A stretch of DNA of 64,000 nucleotides. Origin: Flaccisagitta enflata (Eukaryota). The translations under genes and the position numbers were made by a program. The stretch covers positions 30,938,001 to 31,002,000 of the forward strand of contig OZ231126.1 of assembly GCA_965153355.1 (NCBI GenBank). The letters run 5' to 3'. This document shows positions 55,001 through 64,000 of the stretch, piece after piece (position 1 is the first letter of the stretch; each line of letters starts with the position of its first letter). A model generated the notes under the pieces. That model was not told the origin of the DNA and ran no database searches. It worked only from the letters and a program-made list of their open reading frames with translations.

Positions 55001-55810
55001 TGTTCAAATGCCAACACATTTGTTGAAGATGAAGACAATAGTGATTCTGAAGAAGACTAGATCTCAACTGTAATCACTGTTATGACCATTGTTGTACAGT
55101 TTTATTACATTTTTGTATTACATTTTTCTCTTTTCAAATGTGGAATTTTCCATTGTTTGAAACATTATTAAAATCCTGAAGCTTTAGGTGATCATTACAT
55201 AAGCTAGTTATCCTAAACCAGCATTTTCATAGACCCAAAGATCAAATCTTTTTAGTCGCAAGTGTTCAACTTAATTACCCGCAATGTTGGTCGCTCTGGT
55301 GGTTGGATGGTCCATCTGAAATGCTTAGCCTTTAAAGCATTTTTGGGCAGTTTTCTCATTGCTGCTCCTGCCCTAATATAAGGTTAGCCTTTTTTATCAC
55401 TGCCCCTGTCCACATGCACAAAAGTAGCTGTGTATCTGACCTTGTGGTTTAAATTTGAACAATATACTATGAAAATCAAGCGGTTGATAAGCTGTTTCAG
55501 GATACTTAAAAACATTTTTTTATGTAATTCCTCAAAAAGATATCATGGATGAGTACAAACATGATATTCAAAGATTTTATACAAAGTTTTAGATTACTTC
55601 TTACATTCTTAAAAATTTTCTTTTTATGAATTTGCATCAATTTCTCCTTATTTTTTATGCGTTTACAAACAGCCCAACCAGCCACCTTACAGAGGTCATA
55701 TTTGGCTAGATTTTTTTCTTAGCTTAGCACAACCCATGTACAGTGCAAAAACACAAAAAAACTCTGTATTACAATTTTGTTAAGGTGGATTTTGTTATAT
55801 CCCTCCACTA
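52091..55810 (+). mobile_element. AcademX DNA transposon, degenerate and internally deleted
   Basis: About 60-bp TIRs with TAG...CTA ends and a 3-bp TSD ACT. Encodes an XPG-like nuclease and a C-terminal Cys-rich finger. Confidence 0.85.
52720..55060 (+). pseudogene. Academ protein C-terminal half, with stops and frameshifts
   Basis: DQVIKQ..K..GG motif; FEN1/XPG-type acidic motifs VLDG, VFDGY, QADAD (frameshifted), GDDTD and HAFLGCDTTS..GIGK; CNC..C...CTC....KCSMACGHC....C finger. Confidence 0.88.
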
Positions 55811-56493
55811 ACTGGTTTACTTCTGTATCGGATGTTTGAAAAAAAAACTGTAGTGGTAATCTGTACAGCTGAAAATGCAATGTTTTTTTTTTTTTATGAT
55901 CTATATCCATGAACTAAGATTTCATATACCAGTTTCCAGTAAGGATACAAGGCATCTCTGACCAGGAATGCAAGCATTTTGCCCCAGGCGCTATTTGAAT
56001 ACATTATAAAGAATGTTGATTTAATCAGATTTTATTAATGATTCTATCAAAATCATTTTACCAAGTTGTGTGGTACTAAATATGTCATCCAGCCATATTC
56101 ATCATTTATTCAAAACGCTATTTTGTTGGCCATTCCTAAGTAAAAACTATCTACAGTTTTTACTCGAACACCCGTTGTAATAGCAAATTTGGTGCCTATT
56201 GTCACAAGTCGGGTTTCAACTGTAACAGAACGATACTGTCTCCCATTACTGTTACCATTTCCATTACGAAGCGTGGCCTAACGAAGGCCGCGTGCCAGGA
56301 ACTCACTGAATTTTCATATTAATTCTATTTCAGTACACACACAAAAAAAAGCCCCTACCTCATGTGATTGATGAGTAGATTTTCGCAATATTCATCCCAA
56401 AGTTTTCCGGCCATTCCATATTCGTTCTTTTCGTCCATATCTGGCACTTCAGCGGGAGGTTTGTCACAGCCCTCCAAAACAATCTAAAAAGTA

Positions 56494-56749
56494 GAAGGGC
56501 GTGTTTCCAGTGAGCGCCAAAAACGTGTTTGTTCCCGTGAAACGCGATTACAGCGTGAACACATTTTCAAGAATTTCAACTGTCCCACAAGGGAGTGAGC
56601 GAAGTGAGTGAGCAAGCCCGTGAACGGAGCAAAGCGAGCGTAGCGAAGCGGAGCGCTGCGGAGGAGGTGAGCGGTGCAAGCGAACGAACGTAGTGAACGA
56701 CCGAGTGGTAGATTCAAAACGTGATTGTCTGTGACTAGAAACGCCCCCT
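56494..56749. mobile_element. small MITE with GAGCGAAG/GCGAAC motifs
   Basis: Imperfect TIR AGGGCGTGTTTCCAGT / ACTAGAAACGCCCCCT. Confidence 0.55.
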
Positions 56750-57382
56750 TTATGGCAGAGTACGAAAACAGAGTGGGCCAGGCCTGCTGAAAAGCTGACA
56801 AGGTTGCCTTGTCTAGAGACTATTCCTAGGCGATTCATTGTGTCGCAATGAGGCATTCAAGCGTGTCCATGATAGATTGCCTACCAGAGACCACGAAATC
56901 GTAGGCAGTTGTGCCGAAAGTTTCCGTTCCTCACCATCTGATCTGACTGGTCTGACCATTATTTGCTTTCAAAGAATTCATTTTTGAATGTCAAATATGA
57001 TTATGTTAGCGCGATATATCTTTAGCTTTTTAGGTGCGACAAAGCACCTCTATAACTGGCTGTGTCCGTCGGTCTGTCGGTTGGTAACGCATTCGTTCGA
57101 CGATCCACACGTCGCACCTTATTGGCCTACTTGGCCTTGTTCTTTTATTTTCAAATTACAAAACTTAATCCTTGAAGGATGCAAACACCTTTGAGACAAT
57201 CATAGGCTATGCAATCGGTTCACTTTATTTCTAGTTTAAAATAAAAAAAATCTTTAACCAACTGTGTCATGCATTTCAGTAAAGACGTTTAATTGTTCAT
57301 GTATGGAAGTTGTACCGTTGAGGTTGAGGTTGAGGTTCTCCATATGTCTATGTCTTTCTTCTTGTCATTCCCTTATTTCTTT

Positions 57383-57422
57383 CCGACTGATGAAGAACAG
57401 AGTACTGTTCGAAAATTTTCGG
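57383..57422 (+). ncRNA. minimal type I hammerhead ribozyme (Penelope-type)
   Basis: CCGA-CTGATGA-A-GAACAG(AGTA)CTGTTC-GAAA-AT-TT-TCGG, with AATAAA at 57425-57430. Confidence 0.7.
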
Positions 57423-57494
57423 TAAATAAATTTTCATGTGTTGATCTCATCATGTCTAATTCATCTATATAATTGTTCATGATTCTTTTTCTCA

Positions 57495-58102
57495 TTTTTG
57501 GGCAGCGGCCCCAAAGGGGCCGATGACCTATGCTTTCACACATAGGGGAAATTTTTCCTACTCCTCCTCCTTCTCCGTCCACCCCCTCAAGCCTCAAATC
57601 CAGCCTTGAAGCCCAAAATCTAGCCCTCAAAGCTCAAAATCCAGCTTCCAAGCTTAAATTCCAGCATCAAAGGCAAAAATTTAGCCTTGAGGCTCAAATA
57701 CCAGCCTTGATTCTCAAATCTTAGGCCTGAGACTCAAATTCCAGCCTTGAGGCTCAAATCCCAGCCTTGAGGCTCTAATCCCAGCCTTGAGGCTCAAATC
57801 CCAGCCTTGATGCTCAATCCCACTCTCAAGACTCAAATCCCAGCCTTGAGGCTCAAATCTCAGATTCCAACCTTGAGGCTCAAATCCTAGCTTTGAGGTT
57901 CAAATCTCAACCTTGCGGCTCAAATCCCACCTTTAAGGCTCAAATCCTTGCATCAAGGCTCAAATTCGAGCCTCAAGCTTCAAAACTTGCTGAGCATAGG
58001 TCATCGGCCCCTTTGGGGCTGCTGCCCCTCTTATCATCACACTCCCATACACAAACACAGGGGCAACGGGTACCGCTGACCATCTAACTATTTTGCGACT
58101 AT
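57495..58102 (+). mobile_element. GGGCAGCGG-family HINE with a 20-bp array
   Basis: Family termini and GAGGCTCAAATCCCAGCCTT units. Confidence 0.75.
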
Positions 58103-58283
58103 TAGATGTGCCATTGCATTGCTTTTAAAAGTGTCTTGTGGCGAACACTCTCACAGTCACAGATAGCGCAACAAAGCCGAATGGGACATTTGAACCCCGC
58201 CATAACGAACCCAGAAAATCAGAAAAACCAGACACGAGATGTTTTTTTTTTCCAAGTAGCATTAACAAATAACAGTTATTTTT

Positions 58284-58347
58284 ATGGGAAACTAGGAGTG
58301 GTGCGCGTATTAAGTAGTCAGTGAGGGTTCACAAGACCCTCTTCCAT
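58284..58347 (+). ncRNA. twister ribozyme, type P5, copy 1 (one P2 mismatch)
   Basis: Same as copy 2 except TAAGTAG instead of TAACTAG and a G in P5. Confidence 0.65.
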
Positions 58348-58597
58348 TTGATTCAGTTTGGGTATAGTGAGGGATATTGTTCCACTTTTCATACTACTCA
58401 GTACCTTGGATTAGAATGTCCGGCGGTCGCATTAAGCTTGACCGATTCTATCTCATGGTAAAAGGTTTCTTAACAATGTTACCCTTGGGTGATTGTTGAA
58501 CTTCTGTTGTATAGGCAACAATTATGTTTAGTCTACTTTTGGTAAGCAGTTTGCTTTTGGGTTAGACTGAGAAGGAATGTTTTTCAGATTCTTTTTT

Positions 58598-58661
58598 ATG
58601 GAAAACTAGGAGTGGTGCGCGTATTAACTAGTCAGTGAGGGTTCACAAGACCCTCTTCCAT
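58598..58661 (+). ncRNA. twister ribozyme, type P5, copy 2
   Basis: P5 ATGGAA/TTCCAT; P2 CTAG/CTAG; L1 GAGTG; P1 GTGCGCGTAT; TAA cleavage motif; T2 TC/GA; P4 GAGGG/CCCTC; L4 TTCACAAGA, whose CAC pairs with GTG (T1). Confidence 0.75.
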
Positions 58662-59255
58662 TTGATTCAGTTTGGGTATAGTGAGGGATATTGTTCCACT
58701 TTTCATAAAACAATTTGTTAATCCTTAGACATCCTGTTTTGCTAGGGGAAACTGTATGTATAGACTACCTGTTTTAGTTACACTGAAATTTCGATATTTT
58801 CAGTACCGGACTCACCACTCTATATGTTGCTTTGTCGGTTCATCCATCTCTCCGTTGGTCAGTCAGTCTGTTGGTAACATTTTTCAATGGCATGAAAGTC
58901 CCACATAACTGTCCCAATCCAACCGTCCGCAACTGGGGGACCGTGTTTACCATGTATGTTTGGTTTTTCTCTTGCTGTTTTCTGTTTCTGACGCAGGTCG
59001 TTTGCTCCTCCGTACAGTTTTCCTGTTAACATCAAAAAGATCAAAATCGGCATGAAATGATTGCCATTCCCACCAAAAAGAACTAATGGCTGAGACTTGA
59101 TGATTACTAGCAATGTAAAAATAGAAACCCATCTATGTTCGTTAAAAAAACATTATAACAACATTAAAATCATATCAAAATTCATGTACATGCATTTTAA
59201 TGAGAATTTTAATGTAACTAGACGCAGGTCCCCGTTGAATAGAGAAACATCTTAC

Positions 59256-59350
59256 CAGGACACAGTCATTTTCGATGTCAATGGCTTGATCACTGGCTCC
59301 GGCCCCGGGACCAATCAGCATGGAACACTTCTTCTTATAGTTGGGATTAG
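59256..59350 (-). CDS. candidate internal exon (NPNYKKKCSMLIGPGAGASDQAIDIENDCVL)
   Basis: CTTGCTTCTCTACAG acceptor and CTG|GTAAG donor. Only one frame is open. Confidence 0.5.
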
Positions 59351-59729
59351 CTGTAGAGAAGCAAGAGTCGCGGAGTCACAATATTGTTGGACTTGGGGAA
59401 GGGTGGACAGGGGGTTCAACCTCCATCCACACCACTCCCACACACTAACGAGGCTAGATACTTGGCTACCCAAGTCGCGTGCGGTTGGGCAGGGACCATA
59501 TTTGAGATCACTCGATCATTTGAGGAGGAGCAGCGAGGTAAAAGAAAAATATCATAAAAAAGAGCAAAATGTGACCATCAGAAGGACGGAAGGAAGGACG
59601 TACAAAGCGGGGTGTAGCACGTGACTAAAAAGTATCTAAAACGCTCATACTTCCACTTTTTGACTGGAACTGGAAAATGGAAACATCGCGAATTCGTAGT
59701 TTCGAGAATAGGCCCTATCTTTGCGCCTC

Positions 59730-60245
59730 ACGTCAGACGAGGTTGATGAATGAATAAATGAATGAATAAATGAATGAATGAATGATTTGGAAAGCCAAGG
59801 AGCACCCATGAAGATTCATATCTCACGACAGACGAGGTTGATGAATGAATGAATGAGTGAATGAATGAATGAATGATATGGAAAGCCAAAGAGCACCCAT
59901 GAAGATTCATATCTCACGACAGACGAGGTTGATGAATGAATGAATGAATGAATGAATGATGAATAAATGAATGAATGATATGGAAAGCAAAGGAGCACCC
60001 ATGAAGATTCAAATCTCACGACAGAGGAGGTTGATGAAAGAATGAATGAATGTTTGAATGAATGAATGATGCATAAATGAATGAATGATATGGAAAGCCA
60101 AGGAGCACCCATGAAGATTCAAATCTCACGACAGAGGAGGTTGATGAAAGAATGAATGAATGTTTGAATGAATGAATGAATGTTTGAATGAATGAATGAA
60201 TGAATGAATGAATGAATGAATGAATGAATGAATGAATGAGTGATT
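59730..60245. repeat. minisatellite: ~57-bp core alternating with variable (TGAA)n
   Basis: TGGAAAGCCAAGGAGCACCCATGAAGATTCA...GAGGTTGA occurs four times. Confidence 0.92.
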
Positions 60246-60375
60246 GAATCATTTTCTTCGTTGCTTTAGGATTAAGAATTGTAAACAAAAAATAGAGAAA
60301 CGATGTAAAAGAAAAGAAAAATGCCATATACACAAGTCGCGTTCGGGTGGGCAGGGGCGGTGATAATAAAGAATC

Positions 60376-60440
60376 ATGATGATGGTGATAAAATGATGAT
60401 GATGACGATGATGATGACGATGATGATGACGATGATGATA

Positions 60441-60514
<74 letters not shown>

Positions 60515-60756
60515 AATGATGATGGTTTTTCCTCTGTCCAGGGATCTAATCGCAAATTGCGAATGTTTTGCATTGGAGAAGCGAAATAACGGAGACACTT
60601 ACTTTTTGGAATGGTCCGACACTGCCCACGTTGCAATAGGCCCCTGCTAACATTGCAAAAGCGTAGTCGAACAACTCAGTAACAACACCTTTAGACCTTC
60701 AACATGACCACAACCAGAGAAACTGTAACAACACTAATAACAACAACAACAACACT

Positions 60757-60842
<86 letters not shown>

Positions 60843-60868
60843 CTATATCAATAAAACCAACAAAGAAT

Positions 60869-60952
<84 letters not shown>

Positions 60953-60965
60953 CCCTTAACAACAA

Positions 60966-60996
<31 letters not shown>

Positions 60997-61015
60997 AACA
61001 ACATGGACAACAACA
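60376..61015. repeat. (GAT)n and (ACA)n microsatellites
   Basis: Directly visible at 60376-60523 and 60736-61015. Confidence 0.97.
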
Positions 61016-61427
61016 ACGCTTATTCCTTATTCTTTATTCATTGGAGTTACAATTCATCTTAGTTTTTTTTTCTTCTTAGTTCTGTTAATTATTTCATACT
61101 TACCCCGTAACATTAATGGCCTTCCCTCTGAGTCGCTATGATCATAAGAAAGATCCTTTTTCTCCCCTCTCCATCCGTTCATGTTCGACTAACTGATTGG
61201 TCATTATTCAAATTCATTTTCATTCTTGATGTTTTCCATCTTGATTAAATGAAATGTTTATCAAATTGCATTGCAACGTTGACAGAATGATGAATCAAAA
61301 TGTTTTCTTTACAATCTTATTAGCGTCAGTCAGAGCAAAACTTTCTAGCTCCGTATGCCACTTTGCGTAGACAGTGGTGACAGTGGTGACAGTAGTGACA
61401 GTGGCGACAGTTGTGACAGTGGTGATA

Positions 61428-61922
61428 CACTTTTTTTTTTATAAGAATGTCATTTTTTGAGCAAGCCTTCAATGTTCTTAAATTTTCAGCAGTTTTAAGG
61501 TTTAAACGTTCTTAAATTATTCTTAATTCAAACGCACTTTTTAGCCTTCAATTAAGAACGTTCTTAAATAGTTTTAAGTTGGTCATTAGGGAGAAAATAA
61601 AGGAAAATGTCAATGAAACAATAAAGTAGCAGATTTAAACATTTTAAATAAATTGAGATCAATGAGAGTTGAAAAATATATGCTATATAAAGTGAGACAT
61701 GATTTGCTGAACAGAATAGGTATGGAGTGTGTCCATTTACAAAGAACAATTGATTAAAAAAAGCCCAGAAAAAAAATGTTCTTAGATTTTTAGGATTTTA
61801 CGCCTCATGTTCTTAATTTTTTAAAGAAATGGAGCCTTCCAATGTTCTTACCATGTTCTTAAATTTTTGACGATTTGAAGCCTAACGTTCTTATAAACTT
61901 GGTTCTTATAAAAAAAAAAGTG
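61428..61922. mobile_element. Tc1/pogo-like MITE, TA TSD
   Basis: CACTTTTTTTTTTATAAGAA ... TTCTTATAAAAAAAAAAGTG. Confidence 0.78.
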
Positions 61923-62449
61923 TATTACTCTAACCGGCCAGAGTTTTAACAAGGCCGGATACACGGCTACCCCAGTTGCGTGCGGGTGGGTAGGGGCCGT
62001 AATTGAGGTCACCAGATCATTTGGGCAGGAGCAGTGAAGCCAAAAATCCCAAAAACCCAAAAAAAGTAAAGTGTGACGGACGGACCGACAAAGCGGGGTG
62101 TAGAGTCGCGTAGCACGCGACTAAAAAACACGACTCAGCAGCTCTCTTGTTCTACTCGGAGATGTTCATTTGTTAGAGACTACAGCTGGGCCGTGACTCA
62201 TAACAACGAAGACCCGCACTAAATTTAGTTCGAAGTAATAATCAGCGATCGTTATGTCTTCAACACAACAGTATCACTACTTCGCACCTTCACTGCCATT
62301 AAGGGCTAGCAGAAAAGAAAATCCAGGACAGCTGAACACTTACGTTCACTGACTGCAAATATAACTAGAGATCCTCTTTTATCAATATGCATGCTCCCGA
62401 TCATAATACGTACAAGGTACTTTTCGCACCCTGGGCTATAAGTACCATA

Positions 62450-63552
62450 CACCTATTTTATTTTATAAGAGACAACATTTTTGAATTCAGCCGGGGTTCT
62501 CTTAAATTTTCTGCTGTTTCAAAGCTCAAATTCTCTTAAAATGTTTTTATATATTTCAATTTATAAAAAATCAAAAAAAGTAGATAGATACTTTATTTTA
62601 TTATTCCTTCTGTATTTTTAGTAAAAGTGTTATAAATCACTTACTCAATTATATAACTTACTTAATGTAACAGGCAAAATTATAAGAGAGGTTTTTTCCA
62701 AAAAAAGGTTAATTTTTAAAAAAATTAGAAAAATAGTTTTTTGATTTATCAAAGAACAAAGAAAAATTTCCACAAAATTTCCCAAAGTGAATCTCAGCCT
62801 GGGGAGTCTCTTATTTTGTTAAAATTTTGTTAGAATTCTAACAAATCTCAGGCTTGGATGCTTCATGTAGGAAAAATAGGGAGTATCCCTTTGTCCCGCT
62901 TACACAATATGGAGGAACAAAAATCATGATGATGGACGTTTTTCTTTTTTTAAAATTCCACCATCTTCTGTTTTTGTTTTGACCTTGGAGTTTCCCATAA
63001 CAAGGCCGTATACACGAGCCGAAGTCGCGTGCGGGTGGGCAGGAGCAGCGAAATAGCTAAGTGAAGCTAAGTATTACCGACAAACGGACAGACAGACAGA
63101 GTGGGTTGTAGAGTCGCGTGCACGCGAGTAAAAATCATTGGGAATTGAAAATTCCTTTCATAGTTTTGTTACCGATAGGGCAGTTATTTGTATTTGAAAA
63201 TCATGATATTTGTAAGGATAGAATTCACTATAATAGAAAAAACTACGTAAGAGCTTACTTGAAAAGCTGATGAACAATTTTATGAAAAAAAGAATTAGTA
63301 AAAATCGTTTCATAGAATATTACCACAACAATTTATCCCACTGCATTATGCAAATTAAGTACTACGAAAAGCTCGCCAAAAAGATGGAAGATGAATGATT
63401 TTGATGAAAAAAAATGGTAAGGGTTCTAAAATTAACCATTCCACTTATGGTAAGCGGGATAAAGAGAAATTCACAACTTTTTCTATGTGAAGCACCCAAA
63501 TCTCAGGCTCATGTCTCTCGTCAAGTAGTTTCTTATAAAATAAAAAAAAGTG
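62450..63552. mobile_element. related TA-flanked MITE with nested insertions
   Basis: CACCTATTTTATTTTATAAGA ... TCTTATAAAATAAAAAAAAGTG. Confidence 0.6.
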
Positions 63553-63604
63553 TAGTCAAATGATGCAAAAGGAAACTAAGTGTTAATCTGGTGGTAGACG
63601 AAAG

Positions 63605-63854
63605 ATGGCATCAACAAAAGACATTTGGACGACTTTGGTGTTGGGGACGAAAGATGAGGATAGCGTGTTGTCTTGTTTACGCGGAGTTCCACACATTCTA
63701 AGACTCATTTACCAATTAGTCGTCAATGACAGAAGATGGAAAAAGTGCATTCAGCTTCCAGATGTTCATTTGGAAGGGGAAAAGCGGGCGACTTTCAACT
63801 CGTCAACGAAAAAGACTGGAAAAGACTCGTTTCTATTCCTCACGCAAGTTCTTG
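63605..63854 (+). CDS. first coding exon of an uncharacterised protein (MASTKDIWTTLVLGTKDEDSVLSCLRG...)
   Basis: AAGATGG start, 83 protein-like codons, G|GTAGGT donor. The frame stays open to the window end, so it is absent from the ORF track. Confidence 0.6.
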
Positions 63855-64000
63855 GTAGGTTTCAATTTGAATCATCTCGTTTATCCATTCAATCCACTAC
63901 TTTTTCCAGTTATTCAACCAATAAATCAACCTATCTACTTACCAACCAATTTCTCAATCAAACAATCATCAATCGTTCTGCCAATCTGTTAATAATTCAG

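Larger units (their letters stand above)
58279..58707 (+). mobile_element. 314-bp partial tandem repeat (about 1.4 units), retrozyme-like
   Basis: 58279-58393 is repeated at 58593-58707. The spacer is hairpin-rich, and a dispersed truncated copy lies at 3124. Confidence 0.75.

Noticed and set aside
52677-55060. TIR element with a FEN1/XPG nuclease as a new transposon class
   Set aside because: Domain order, TAG termini and the 3-bp TSD match the described AcademX group.
59730-60245. CRISPR-like alternation of a constant core and variable spacers
   Set aside because: The spacers are only (TGAA)n length variants, the context is eukaryotic and there are no cas genes. It is a minisatellite.

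Overview
AT-rich, repeat-dense metazoan (invertebrate-like) nuclear DNA. Most long ORFs in the track are artefacts of microsatellites or tandem arrays. Host-gene content consists of scattered exons: the last coding exon of RPS25 (-), the last exon of a NOL4-family gene (+), two paralogous terminal exons of a Cys-rich, probably GPI-anchored protein (-), a first exon at the right edge (+), and several weaker exons. Mobile DNA dominates the window: a Hero-like RLE retrotransposon fragment, a 5'-truncated LINE RT, a full-ended but degenerate AcademX transposon (XPG/FEN1-like nuclease plus Cys-rich finger), a second Academ copy split by a 19.4-kb hAT-bounded insertion, many nested MITEs, and dozens of Helentron/DINE-1-like elements with internal tandem arrays. 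The most interesting signal is non-coding. A 314-bp partial tandem repeat at 58279-58707 carries a type-P5 twister ribozyme fold in each unit, and its P1 is self-complementary. A 5'-truncated copy with the same 3' end is inserted at 3124-3189. Together these suggest a twister-based retrozyme-like element. A minimal Penelope-type hammerhead lies about 0.9 kb away (57383-57422). All calls were made by eye; no searches or folding programs were run.
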